Of a stretch of DNA of 64,000 nucleotides, positions 29,736 to 39,885 are shown one piece after another. Positions within the stretch are counted from its first letter, which is position 1. Each line of letters begins with the position of its first letter. Source of the DNA: Vampirovibrio chlorellavorus (GTDB lineage Bacteria > Cyanobacteriota > Vampirovibrionia > Vampirovibrionales > Vampirovibrionaceae); NCBI GenBank assembly GCA_903866275.1, contig CAIPMU010000004.1:3812-67811 (forward strand), given 5' to 3'. Position numbers and translations under genes: made by a program. Below the pieces are notes generated by a model. The model was given only the letters and a program-made list of their open reading frames with translations. It made no database searches and had not been told where the DNA came from.

Positions 29736-31016
29736 TCATGGTTGCTTTGCGGGCGCCAACTGGCTGAGTAAGTCCGTGAGCGTGGTGGCTTGTTGCTCAC
29801 CGCTATGCAGATGCTTCACTCTGATCGTTCCATTCTGTACTTCCGCTTCACCAATGGTGATGGCCTGACGGGCGTTCAGCTTGGCGGCGCGTTCAAACTG
29901 CTTGCCAAAGCCTTTACCGGACAGATCGACTTCGACGTGGTAACCGGAAGCGCGAAGGGCCTCTGCGACCTGAAAGGCTTCGGCAGGTTGATCATGAACG
30001 ATATAAAAATCCAGTGTCCGCTTCGGCAGATCCCCCACCAGCGTGAGCAGGCGCTCCATCCCCAGTGCCCAACCGACTGCCGGGGTTTCCGGGCCCCCTA
30101 AATCTTCCACCAGACGATTATAGCGCCCGCCGCCGCACACGGCATTCTGGGCCCCTAAATTGGTGGAGGTAATTTCAAAGACGGTCTTGGTGTAATAATC
30201 CAAACCACGGACCAGATAAGGGTTTCGCTGATACGGGACTTTCAGGGCATCCAGAATTCGCACCAACTCGGCAAAGTGGGCCTGACAGTCCTCAGAGGTA
30301 AAATCTGTCTCCAGAAAGGCTTTTACTGTCGGTTGAGCATAGATTGCCTTGCAGCTGTCCTGCTTGCAATCCAGCATGCGGAGCGGGTTGGTTTGGTAGC
30401 GAGTCTGACAATCAGCGCACAGTTGGGTTAACTGCGGGGCCAACAGTGCCTTGAACCCGGTCTTGAAGCGCTCTCGGCATTCCACGGTGCCAATATTGTT
30501 GATCTGTAGCGAGAGATTGGGGAGCGCCAGTTTTTCAAACATGCGCATGGCCATCAAAATCACCTCGGCATCAGCGGCGGGCGTATCCAGTCCGAACAGT
30601 TCCACACCGAACTGATGGAATTGCCGCTGCCGTCCGGCTTGAGGCCGCTCATACCGAAACATGGGGCCCAAATAGTAAAGTTTAACCGGCTTGGGCCAGC
30701 GTCCCATACCCTGTTCGACAAAGGCACGCACCACCCCGGCGGTTCCTTCCGGTCGGAGGGAGAGCCGTCGATCACTCTTCTCGAAGGTATACATCTCTTT
30801 GTTGACAATGTCGGTGCCCTCACCCACCCCGCGTTCAAACAACTCGGTGGCCTCAAAGATGGGGGTGCGAATCTCTTGATACCCGGCGCTTTGCAGCTGC
30901 AGGCGACAGAGCGATTCCACGTATTCCCAGCGTTCAACGTCCTCGCCACAAATGTCCTGTGTGCCTTTAGGTCGTTGAATGATGTCCTTGCGAACTTTGG
31001 CGGGTGTGCTGTTCAT
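29736..31016 (-). CDS. hisS: Histidine--tRNA ligase
   Basis: LRPEGTAG, FRYERPQAGRQRQFHQ, LVRGLDYY, GGGRY, GMERL. Confidence 0.97.
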   Translation of the reverse strand: MNSTPAKVRKDIIQRPKGTQDICGEDVERWEYVESLCRLQLQSAGYQEIRTPIFEATELFERGVGEGTDIVNKEMYTFEKSDRRLSLRPEGTAGVVRAFVEQGMGRWPKPVKLYYLGPMFRYERPQAGRQRQFHQFGVELFGLDTPAADAEVILMAMRMFEKLALPNLSLQINNIGTVECRERFKTGFKALLAPQLTQLCADCQTRYQTNPLRMLDCKQDSCKAIYAQPTVKAFLETDFTSEDCQAHFAELVRILDALKVPYQRNPYLVRGLDYYTKTVFEITSTNLGAQNAVCGGGRYNRLVEDLGGPETPAVGWALGMERLLTLVGDLPKRTLDFYIVHDQPAEAFQVAEALRASGYHVEVDLSGKGFGKQFERAAKLNARQAITIGEAEVQNGTIRVKHLHSGEQQATTLTDLLSQLAPAKQP

Positions 31017-31025
31017 ACCGTCTCC

Positions 31026-31775
31026 CTAAATGACCGAGGCAATTTCAAGAAAATCGCCCAGTACCTCGCGCTGGAGTTCAAACAGCTTTTGGGTACCCGC
31101 GCTGGCCAAATCCACCAGACGATCCAGCTGCGCACGGGTCAAGGGCGCACGCTCACTGCTCATTTGCAGTTCAATCAAGCCACCGTCCGCATTCATCACC
31201 ACATTGGCATCCACTTCCGCCGCTGAATCTTCCGCATAGTTCAGGTCCAGCAGCTCGGTGCCTTCTACCAGGCCGACACTGATAGCTGCCACGGGCTTCA
31301 GGGCTGGCAGGGTGTCTAGCAAGCCGTCCGCCTTCAGTTTGTTGAGGCAGTCGACGAGGGCAATAAAGCCGCCGGTAATGGCCGCCACACGGGTACCGCC
31401 ATCCGCCTGAATGACGTCCGCGTCAATATTGATGGTCCGAGCCCCCAGCTTGGTCAAATCTACGCTGGCCCGAAGGGTTCTGCCGATCAATCGCTGGATT
31501 TCCGCGGTGCGACCAGACACTTTCAGACGCTCCCGCTGATTGCGGGTGTTGGTCGCGCCTGGCAACATGCCGTATTCTGCCGTCAACCAGCCGGTACTCT
31601 CCTCTTTGAGGACATAAATATGACGAGGTACACGCTCTTCGACCGTGGCGGTGACGATCACCTGCGTATCGCCCACACAAATCAGGACTGATCCGGGGGC
31701 ATGTTTGGTGAAATTGCGGGTGATGGTAATGGGCCGCAACTCGTCGGCTTGTCGATGATCAGGTCTGGTGAACAT
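31026..31775 (-). CDS. rph: Ribonuclease PH
   Basis: GWLTAEYGMLP, GRTAEIQRLIGR, QADGGTR, LDLNYAEDS. Confidence 0.97.
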   Translation of the reverse strand: MFTRPDHRQADELRPITITRNFTKHAPGSVLICVGDTQVIVTATVEERVPRHIYVLKEESTGWLTAEYGMLPGATNTRNQRERLKVSGRTAEIQRLIGRTLRASVDLTKLGARTINIDADVIQADGGTRVAAITGGFIALVDCLNKLKADGLLDTLPALKPVAAISVGLVEGTELLDLNYAEDSAAEVDANVVMNADGGLIELQMSSERAPLTRAQLDRLVDLASAGTQKLFELQREVLGDFLEIASVI

Positions 31776-31926
31776 GGGGGTGGGGTCCTTTACTGTATGG
31801 GGCTCGCCAGTAGGTCAATGGGTCTAGCGTGTGAGGGGATATTGAGTGGTGATACCAGTTAATTGGGATGCATAACGTCCCCGGATAAACTCGGATACCA
31901 GTCCATCATCAGATTGACGGGTGACT

Positions 31927-32271
31927 TTAATAATCTATCGTGGTCTGGTTCGAGGCGTTTCCACCATAGGGTTCCGGAGTGCCGCCGTAAACCGGGACTG
32001 CCTGACCGGGCGCGGCGTAGGGGTCGTTGGGGCTAACGCTGGAATAAGTAGAACCATAAGGGCCATACGGATTATTCATGGATTGTGGTTCCAGAGGGGA
32101 GCCATATTGTCCGTAGGGGTTATTGATGGCGTTCGGGTCAGACGAGCTTGCCGTATTTCCCAGAAAGGTTCCATCGTTAGCATAGATATTATACTGGGCA
32201 AAGCCGGGCGATGCCAGCAAAAAGAAGGCCAGAATTGCCAGCAATAGGCTAATCGACATGCACTTCATCAT
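31927..32271 (-). CDS. Secreted hypothetical protein with NPYG-x-YGS repeats
   Basis: Signal peptide; NPYGQYGS / NPYGPYGS / DPYA repeats; AGGAG SD. Confidence 0.78.
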   Translation of the reverse strand: MMKCMSISLLLAILAFFLLASPGFAQYNIYANDGTFLGNTASSSDPNAINNPYGQYGSPLEPQSMNNPYGPYGSTYSSVSPNDPYAAPGQAVPVYGGTPEPYGGNASNQTTIDY

Positions 32272-32383
32272 CCGGTTCTCCTGTCAAAGGGCCACATGGT
32301 TTGGACATCCCAGACACTCTATCGGACACGACAGAGAGTGGACAGGGGTTTATGCTCGTTTTTTAAGCCTTGTTTCAGGAAGA

Positions 32384-33055
32384 TTAGAATGACGGTGTCA
32401 TGAAATGATCGGGTATCATCGGCAGCGTGGTGGTGATGGTGCCAAGCATGGGATTGTTCACGCGCACTTCCAGCGCTACCGGAAACTGATTCGGGTGTTT
32501 TTGCAGAAAACGGTACAACTCAAACTCACCCAGCGGTAACAGAACATCTTCCCCAGAGGCAATCGCAGGCACAGTCAGCGTTCGCTGGGACACCATTTGC
32601 CACTGGGCTGAACGATTCAGCCCTTCGAAATCAGTGAGTTGCAAGGTCGGATCGACCCGCCAGTTGCCCACTTTGGCACGGAATGTCACGCTAAAGGGGA
32701 CCCTGAGCATTGCCTTTTGACCTGTTGTATACAGATGGGCCTTTGCCTCCAGAATCGCGGGGGCTGGACCGCCTTGATACCGCCAGCGGCTGAAAGGGGT
32801 GTCCATATCGGACGCTTGATGGGCCTGCTGTACCAGCACGGCAGCAGCATTCATGGGCACCTCGCCACGATGTTCACTCTGCCATTGCGTTTTCAGCTCC
32901 AGAAACCGGGCAGCTTCATCCAGTCTGTAATAGAAGTTAATACTCTGCAATTTCAGGGAAGTTCTGGGCGCAGGGGCTTTGGCAGGGCAAAGTCCCGTGG
33001 CAAAAAGCAGCCAACTGAGTAAGAACAGACAAAAAACATTGAATCTTTGCTTCAT
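32384..33055 (-). CDS. Secreted hypothetical protein
   Basis: 223-aa ORF with signal peptide and beta-rich body. Confidence 0.7.
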   Translation of the reverse strand: MKQRFNVFCLFLLSWLLFATGLCPAKAPAPRTSLKLQSINFYYRLDEAARFLELKTQWQSEHRGEVPMNAAAVLVQQAHQASDMDTPFSRWRYQGGPAPAILEAKAHLYTTGQKAMLRVPFSVTFRAKVGNWRVDPTLQLTDFEGLNRSAQWQMVSQRTLTVPAIASGEDVLLPLGEFELYRFLQKHPNQFPVALEVRVNNPMLGTITTTLPMIPDHFMTPSF

Positions 33056-33458
33056 GGCAGGAGTATAGATGCTTCAGGCTAACAGGACAGCCATCAACTG
33101 AGGGATTTTAGGAAAGCATGATGAGAAAAAATCCTGAAACCCAATGCTTTTGGGGATTTATGTTATTCCGGATTTTTTCTGAATTATGAAAAGAACACCC
33201 CCTTTTGTAATGAATCTCAACGAAGTGGTTTAGAAAGAACCCGGACTTGGTATTTTGCTAGTACGAAAAAACAAGGGAACCTGAATCAAAAAAATACTGT
33301 CCAACCCTTAAAAAAACTTTCACCTCAACGCCATCAAAGGAAAACCCAACCAGCATTCAGGGAAGAGTGACATATTGGTCTATCATCAACTGTCATTTCA
33401 GTGGGTTCAAAACACGTGATTCTTAGGGATGTACTTAGGGAAACAACAAGAGGTCATC

Positions 33459-33602
33459 ATGTTAGAGATCATACAGGAAGCCATTAATAACTTTGATCTG
33501 TCCGATATTTTGAACACCGGCATTATTGTGAGCCTCAGTGTGTTGCTGTTGAGCACCATGAAGCTGAAATTTATCGGTCGGACCAATTACTCACTCTACT
33601 AA
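33459..33602 (+). CDS. Small single-TM protein (47 aa), not in ORF track
   Basis: MLEIIQEAINNFDLSDILNTGIIVSLSVLLLSTMKLKFIGRTNYSLY; AAGAGG SD; hairpin at 33619-33657. Confidence 0.6.
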   Translation: MLEIIQEAINNFDLSDILNTGIIVSLSVLLLSTMKLKFIGRTNYSLY

Positions 33603-33703
33603 ACCACAACACCCGAACGGGGTCTCATTCGGCAAGGATACAGCCCGAATGAACCCCAGTCCAGAGAGAGACAGGACAATAAAAGCGATAAATCGAACGC
33701 GGA

Positions 33704-33961
33704 TTAAGTCTCGGGCTCATCCAGCGTGGAATCCCTCAGTGGCTGCTCTTTGAGCGATTGCAAAAATCCGTCAAAGATGATGTCATCCAGAAAACGCATG
33801 GTGGCGGCATCCTGCGCATCGGGCCACAACAGTTTCAGGGCTGCGTCCCGGTCTGTTTCAGCCAGCGCGATGAATTGGGCGTTGCTGAGCTCCAAGGTGG
33901 AATCGACAGGCTGGAGCTGTTCGTCCAGTGGCGTTTGCAGTTCTGATGAGGGTGTGGTCAT
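33704..33961 (-). CDS. Small acidic hypothetical protein
   Basis: ORF with AGGAG before ATG 33961; follows gene 34084-34521 on the same strand. Confidence 0.6.
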   Translation of the reverse strand: MTTPSSELQTPLDEQLQPVDSTLELSNAQFIALAETDRDAALKLLWPDAQDAATMRFLDDIIFDGFLQSLKEQPLRDSTLDEPET

Positions 33962-34083
33962 CGGCGAGAAAACTCCTGAGGCTTGCATCGATGCCATCCA
34001 TACTATGCAAAAAGCCCCTGAAAGAGAAGATTTTAAAGTCCCCGGAATACCATGCCCGCCTCACGCCATCATGGAACTAACAT

Positions 34084-34521
34084 CTAAAAGGGTAGCCCAG
34101 ACTCCAGATAGCCTAGCTTCCAGCCCCCTTCATCCACCATGACCAGATTCACACGCGTTTCCTGCCCGTTTTCGTAGTTGATACGCGCCTCCACCTTGGC
34201 GGTTTTTCCATTGAACTCAATGGTGTCAAAATACCCATATCGAGCAAATTCACCAGCCCGGCTCTGGCGTACAAACCGTCGCCAGAAGCGAATGACCAAA
34301 TCCATCGTGTTGGTTTCAAACATCAGCTTGACTTCCGGGATACCCAACTGAGCTGCTTTGGCTGCATTGCCGCTTTGGGCGTATAAATCCTGCAAGGTCC
34401 AGTTCAGAAACTCCTGTTGGGTCTTTTTAGAAAACAAACCCCAACTCACCTGAAGCTGATGTTGCACCAGGGTTTGAAAAAACTGTCGAGCCACTTCATG
34501 GGGTTGCGTTGCTTTTTTCAT
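34084..34521 (-). CDS. Hypothetical protein (possible NTF2-like fold)
   Basis: VARQFFQTL...AKVEARI...LVMVDEGGWKL pattern. Confidence 0.72.
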   Translation of the reverse strand: MKKATQPHEVARQFFQTLVQHQLQVSWGLFSKKTQQEFLNWTLQDLYAQSGNAAKAAQLGIPEVKLMFETNTMDLVIRFWRRFVRQSRAGEFARYGYFDTIEFNGKTAKVEARINYENGQETRVNLVMVDEGGWKLGYLESGLPF

Positions 34522-34551
34522 AAATCCAGCAAGCTGTCCTGATTCAGTCTT

Positions 34552-34578
34552 ATTTCGGCAATGAAGGAGGGCACTTCA
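34552..34578 (-). promoter_or_regulatory. Putative sigma28-type promoter
   Basis: TGAA-N15-GCCGAAAT on minus strand, 30 nt before start codon. Confidence 0.4.
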
Positions 34579-34903
34579 CGACCATCGGCATACGGAGCAG
34601 TGAGGGTGATCTCTCATCCTCTATAGCATACGGTGTCCATGCTCTGGACAGATCCCTTATCTGTGGGAGTTCAGTTGGCGCCGACCGCACACTGGCATTC
34701 AGGGGCTTGCCCATGACCTTTCAGGGATAGCGCATAACAGGGTAGAATACCGGGTGCGGCGCCCATCCTTGTTGAGTGTTCACATCAAACTGGCAAGTCC
34801 GGGTTCTGTTTTGTTTTTGTTTTCACTAGAATAGCGGCATGGACGCTCAGACATGTCAGGTTAGCCGAGCCCATTGTCCCATCAGAAATGGAATTCAATC
34901 GCT

Positions 34904-35746
34904 ATGTTTACAGGCCTCATTGAAGAAGTTGGCGCAGTCTCCGCGGTTGAGGCCAGCAGTGCCGGCAGCCGGATCAGTGTCACTGCGCGAAAAATCCTGT
35001 TCGGGCTGGCTTTGGGCGATAGCATTGCGGTAGATGGCGCCTGCATGACCGTGATCGCCTTCGATGATGAGGGGTTCAGCTTTGAAGCGTCCCCTGAGAG
35101 CCTGTCCAAGACCAACCTCTCAGACTTTCAGCCCGGTCGCCGGGTCAATCTGGAACGTCCACTGACACCCACCAGCCGCATTGGCGGCCACTACGTGACC
35201 GGGCATGTGGATGGACTGGCCACACTGGTGTCCAAAACACCCCAGGGCAACAGCCTCATTCTGGAGTTCTCCGTGAATACACCCGCATTGGCCGAGCTCC
35301 TGATTCCCAAAGGGTCCGTGACCATTCTCGGGATTAGCCTAACGGTGAACACGGTCAGCCGGGACCGCTTTACAGTGGCCATTATTCCCCATACCCTCAG
35401 CCATACCAATCTGGGCGACTACCAACCCGGTGATGCGGTCAATATCGAAACCGACCTGCTGGGGAAATACGTCCGTCGACTGCTGTTTGAACGTGGCAAC
35501 TCCGACTGGCAACCAGATACTTGCACGGATGATCTGGCCGCATCCGGCGGACTGACGGAAGATCTGACGGAAACTACCTCGTCTTTTCCCCAACGGCTGC
35601 CGCTGGAGATTGGGGGTGTGCTGGATGCACCCGCATTGGTACCCGCCCTAAACATGCTGGCCCCCGCGACCCAATCGCAACGTCCCACGGTACCCACTGG
35701 GGCAACCATTCGCACCGGGAGCTGGTTTAATCACGACCCGGATTAA
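34904..35746 (+). CDS. ribE: Riboflavin synthase (alpha chain) with C-terminal extension
   Basis: MFTGLIEE start, [41 protein letters not shown]. Confidence 0.95.
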   Translation: MFTGLIEEVGAVSAVEASSAGSRISVTARKILFGLALGDSIAVDGACMTVIAFDDEGFSFEASPESLSKTNLSDFQPGRRVNLERPLTPTSRIGGHYVTGHVDGLATLVSKTPQGNSLILEFSVNTPALAELLIPKGSVTILGISLTVNTVSRDRFTVAIIPHTLSHTNLGDYQPGDAVNIETDLLGKYVRRLLFERGNSDWQPDTCTDDLAASGGLTEDLTETTSSFPQRLPLEIGGVLDAPALVPALNMLAPATQSQRPTVPTGATIRTGSWFNHDPD

Positions 35747-35847
35747 GCCAACGATTGGTTATCTTCCGCTCTCTTTTCAATCCAGCCTGCGTTTCCAGTT
35801 ATGATCCCAAATCCATCGCGCTATTTACCGCAAGGAGCTTTCCTCAT

Positions 35848-37161
35848 ATGCCGAATTCAGACTATCAGGGTAACGATACCCCCGGAAACGAATTGTCCAC
35901 ACCCGGCTTTAGCACGGTGGAGGAAGCCATTGCAGCCATTCGGAACGGCGAAATGGTGATCGTGGCCGATGACGAGGACCGGGAAAACGAAGGGGATTTC
36001 GTCTGCGCGGCGGATAAAGTCACCCCGGAGATCATCAACTTCATGGCCACCGAAGGTCGGGGGCTCATCTGCCTGACCCTCACCCCGGCGTTGTGCGAAA
36101 AACTCGAGCTGAACCAGATGATCAGTCAGTCCTCTGACCCTTTACGCACGGCCTTCACGGTCAGTGTGGACGCCTCCTCCAAGTTCGGTTGCACCACGGG
36201 CATTTCTGCCAGTGATCGGGCTACTACCATTCAAGTGGCGGTGGCCCCGGATGCGGTTCCCTCGGATCTACGCCGTCCCGGACATATTTTCCCCCTTCAG
36301 GCCAAACCTGGCGGTGTACTGGAACGCGTGGGCCAGACAGAGGCCAGTGTGGATCTGGCCCGTTTGGCCGGATTAACCTCTGCCGGTGTAATTTGCGAAA
36401 TCTTAAACCCCGATGGGACCATGGCCCGCCGCAACGCGCTCTTTGAGATTGCGGCGAAGTTTAACATGAAGTTCATCACCGTGGCCCAACTGATCAACTA
36501 CCGCCTGAAAACCGAGAATCTGGTGGTGCGAGAAGCTGAAGCCACACTACCAACCCTGTACGGGGACTTTCAGGTTCTGGGCTATCGTAATACCCTTGAT
36601 GACTCCGAGCATTTGGCGCTGGTCAAAGGCGATGTCAGCGCGGACGATGGCCTGACCCCGCTGGTGCGAGTGCATAGTGAATGCCTGACAGGCGATGTGC
36701 TGGCCAGCCTACGTTGCGATTGTGGGGAACAGCTCCATGCCGCCATGGCTGCCATTGAGGCCCACGGCAAAGGTGTACTGGTTTACATGCGCAGCCACGA
36801 GGGTCGAGGCATCGGCCTGCTGAACAAACTCAAGGCATACGCCCTGCAGGAAAAAGGGCTGGACACCGTCGAGGCCAATCTGGAAATGGGCTTTGCCCCG
36901 GATCTGCGTCATTACGGCGTTGGTGCCCAAATTCTACGAGATCTGGGTATTCAGGCCTTTAAACTACTCACCAATAACCCCCGGAAAATAAGGGGATTGG
37001 ACGGGTATGGCCTGCAAATTATCGACCGGGTAGGCATGCCAGCCACACCGCACGCCCACAACCAGCAATACCTTAAAACCAAGCAGCAAAAACTGGGGCA
37101 CCTCCTCGACTTTCTGCCCTCTGTCTCTCAATCCACGCCACAATCCACCGAAGCCAATTAG
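35848..37161 (+). CDS. ribBA: Bifunctional DHBP synthase / GTP cyclohydrolase II
   Basis: [48 protein letters not shown]; AAGGAG SD. Confidence 0.96.
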   Translation: MPNSDYQGNDTPGNELSTPGFSTVEEAIAAIRNGEMVIVADDEDRENEGDFVCAADKVTPEIINFMATEGRGLICLTLTPALCEKLELNQMISQSSDPLRTAFTVSVDASSKFGCTTGISASDRATTIQVAVAPDAVPSDLRRPGHIFPLQAKPGGVLERVGQTEASVDLARLAGLTSAGVICEILNPDGTMARRNALFEIAAKFNMKFITVAQLINYRLKTENLVVREAEATLPTLYGDFQVLGYRNTLDDSEHLALVKGDVSADDGLTPLVRVHSECLTGDVLASLRCDCGEQLHAAMAAIEAHGKGVLVYMRSHEGRGIGLLNKLKAYALQEKGLDTVEANLEMGFAPDLRHYGVGAQILRDLGIQAFKLLTNNPRKIRGLDGYGLQIIDRVGMPATPHAHNQQYLKTKQQKLGHLLDFLPSVSQSTPQSTEAN

Positions 37162-37177
37162 AAGGAGATTCCGCCGT

Positions 37178-37669
37178 ATGTCCCCGCAAGTGTTTGAAGG
37201 TAAACTGATCGGCACCGGCCTGAAAATTGGCATTGTGGTGTCCCGCTTCAACGATGTGATCACAAAAAACCTGTTGCAAGGCGCGATTGGCGCATTAACC
37301 GCTCACGATGTCCCGGAGGATCAAATCAGTGTGGCCTGGGTGCCGGGAGCATTCGAATTGCCTCTGGTCGCCAGCAAAATGGCCCTCTCCGGGCAATTCG
37401 ACGCGATCATCACGCTGGGTTGCGTGATCCGTGGCGCGACCACCCATTACGATTACGTTTGCAACGAAGCCGCCAAAGGGATTGCCAGGGCCAGCGAAAA
37501 GAGCGGCATTCCAGTCATCTTTGGTGTTGTGACCACCGAGACCATTGAACAGGCGATCGAGCGTTCCGGCTGCAAGGCGGGTAACAAAGGCGTTGATGCG
37601 GCATTGGCAGCCATTGAAAGTGTCAATCTGCTGAAGCAGCTGAAAGCCGAGCAGGCCATTCTGGCCTGA
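37178..37669 (+). CDS. ribH: 6,7-dimethyl-8-ribityllumazine synthase
   Basis: [31 protein letters not shown]. Confidence 0.97.
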   Translation: MSPQVFEGKLIGTGLKIGIVVSRFNDVITKNLLQGAIGALTAHDVPEDQISVAWVPGAFELPLVASKMALSGQFDAIITLGCVIRGATTHYDYVCNEAAKGIARASEKSGIPVIFGVVTTETIEQAIERSGCKAGNKGVDAALAAIESVNLLKQLKAEQAILA

Positions 37670-37872
37670 GCCCACTAAAGATAGCAATCTACACCCGTTG
37701 CAGATCTACATCTGGTTGTCTGATCTGTGCTTAATATGGATTGCTTCAACTTTTCGCATCATGTCCTATACGAAAACCGACGAGTAGCGTTACAATATTA
37801 AGATGCGCTTCAGTTTGAAAATCTCAACGGTGGCGCACGCAGTAGTGTTGGCCAGCAGATAGAGACGTTCGA

Positions 37873-39132
37873 GTGAAAGCATCCGTCCCGAATTCCAATC
37901 GTGTGAGTCCGATGACCAAACGAACCCGCATCAACAGAGTTCACCCGTCACTCATTTACCGGCAACAGAAGATTCGTCAGCGTCGCCTGGCGGTATTGGC
38001 TTTTGTGGCGTTGCTAGTGCTGGTGTTCAGCGGTATGGCCATTTGGGGAGTTTGCCAGACCATTCCACGTTTCATCACTCCCATTAGTCTGGACTCCGCT
38101 GACTTTGAGAATTTACTCACCCGTGATTTCGGGTTAAATGAGACACCCAGCCTGTTGTATTACAATACGCTGGATTATGCGCTGATGGACCACAAGCCTT
38201 TGGGGAATCTGGAGAGCAAACTGGCTCCCATTCCCTCGGTGGGCGAGGATATGCTGCTGAAAAACCGGTTAAAACAACTGTTTGCCGAGTACCCGGCGGA
38301 TCGGTTTATCCCGCACCTCTACTTTTACAATCCGCAGGATGGACAGTCGGTGGAAATCAACGGGTACGATCCTGTGCCCGCTGCCAGCGTGATCAAGTTG
38401 CCTATTTTGCTGGATTACCTGATGACTGTGGATAAAGGCCTGGTCACTGAAGACACCCCCTTGCTTTACGCCGATTTCCACCGGGCTGGCGGCTCTGGCG
38501 ATTTACAGTACAAACCGTCCGGGCAGGGCTTGTTCGCCAACGACGTCGCCGGGCAGATGATTCGCATCAGCGACAACACCTGCACCAATATGATGATCTC
38601 CCATATGGGTGGGCTGGATGCGGTGAATGAACGCCTGAGCGATCTTGGCCTGTTGAATACACGCATTCGCAATATGTTGCCGGATCTGGAAGGTACCAAC
38701 ACCATTTCTCCTTACGAAATGGTGACCATCATGAACAATATCGATCACGGCCCCATTATCTCTGAACTGTCGCGGCAAAACGGACTGGATATTCTCAAGA
38801 GTACGCACAACCGGCATCTGTTGGTAGCCCCCTTGCCGCAGGATGTGGTTGTGGCTCACAAGACCGGGGATATTGGTACCGCATTGGGTGATTCTGGCGC
38901 AGTCTACTTGCCGGATGGCCGCAAATATTTCATTTCCATGCAGGTGGAGCGCCCTTATAATGACTATACGGCCCGCGATATGGTACAACGCGCTTCTCGT
39001 CTGATTTATGACTATGTCAATGCTCAAACCGTGACCGCCGCAACCGCAGGGGTGAGTCCAGCCGGGGCCATTCCTGCCCGTGACGAATCGACGCTGGTTG
39101 AGCCATTGCCCGCATCCTCGAACGTGAATTGA
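37873..39132 (+). CDS. Class A beta-lactamase-like serine hydrolase (PBP-A-like), membrane anchored
   Basis: SxxK (ASVIK), SDN, HKTG motifs; N-terminal TM. Confidence 0.9.
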   Translation: MKASVPNSNRVSPMTKRTRINRVHPSLIYRQQKIRQRRLAVLAFVALLVLVFSGMAIWGVCQTIPRFITPISLDSADFENLLTRDFGLNETPSLLYYNTLDYALMDHKPLGNLESKLAPIPSVGEDMLLKNRLKQLFAEYPADRFIPHLYFYNPQDGQSVEINGYDPVPAASVIKLPILLDYLMTVDKGLVTEDTPLLYADFHRAGGSGDLQYKPSGQGLFANDVAGQMIRISDNTCTNMMISHMGGLDAVNERLSDLGLLNTRIRNMLPDLEGTNTISPYEMVTIMNNIDHGPIISELSRQNGLDILKSTHNRHLLVAPLPQDVVVAHKTGDIGTALGDSGAVYLPDGRKYFISMQVERPYNDYTARDMVQRASRLIYDYVNAQTVTAATAGVSPAGAIPARDESTLVEPLPASSNVN

Positions 39133-39193
39133 ACCCCAGGCCCCACGGCAGAATTGCCGCAGGGCTCGTGGTTTAAATTGCACTTTGCAGGAA

Positions 39194-39568
39194 TTAACGG
39201 GGTAGAGCGTATCGTTCAGGCAGGCCAAACAGCAGTGCCGAAGCGGTGATGGCCAGGTGAAGCACGTTGTCTGCCATATTCATGGGCATCCCGAAGACCA
39301 CATGGTTGGGCAACACAAAGCCCAGGATGGTCACGATCCCATAAATGGCAGCAAACGCCAGCGTAGCTCGTCGCGCCAATTCCCACCGGTTACTGAGGCC
39401 AGCCCCCAGTAGAACCACCCCGGAGAGTAGGTGAATGATATTGTGTGCCGGATTCACCATAAAGATACCGAACAACAGATGTTCCGGTTCAATGGCAGGC
39501 ACGAAACCCAGGATCCCAATCACCAGAAAAATAAGCCCCATGACTTTGGCATAATTCAAAATCATCAT
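39194..39568 (-). CDS. DUF4383-like membrane protein
   Basis: GILGFVP, FMVNPAHNIIHLLSG, NMADNVLHL; GGGAGG SD. Confidence 0.85.
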   Translation of the reverse strand: MMILNYAKVMGLIFLVIGILGFVPAIEPEHLLFGIFMVNPAHNIIHLLSGVVLLGAGLSNRWELARRATLAFAAIYGIVTILGFVLPNHVVFGMPMNMADNVLHLAITASALLFGLPERYALPR

Positions 39569-39885
39569 GATTTCCTCCCAATTATTACGGTGTTCACATC
39601 GTTCCAACGGGATTACAGGATAGCTCACAGCGCCCAAGCCTCACCAACAGAAAGGATCAGCGTGTGGGGGAGATTGAGGCGTAATTAATGATAGATGCCT
39701 AACAGCATAACAAAATTGCACCCCACCCCATATTCTCCAATCGTCTATAAAAGGCAGCCAACTCGTTGCACATGGGGCATGTTTTCTGCACCAATTACGC
39801 GGTGAGCACTTTGATAATACTGATGTCACTGAGGTGCGATTTGCTCAGTATTAAAATCCATTTTTGATTTGGAGCAGTATTCATG

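Noticed and set aside
34560-34903. FMN riboswitch upstream of the rib operon
   Set aside because: Conserved RFN motifs (AGGGC-GGGTGAAATTCCC, AGTCCGGATGGGAG) not found
37873-39132. Antibiotic-resistance beta-lactamase
   Set aside because: Membrane anchor and PDLEGTN omega-loop region fit cyanobacterial PBP-A-like proteins; hydrolytic activity cannot be inferred
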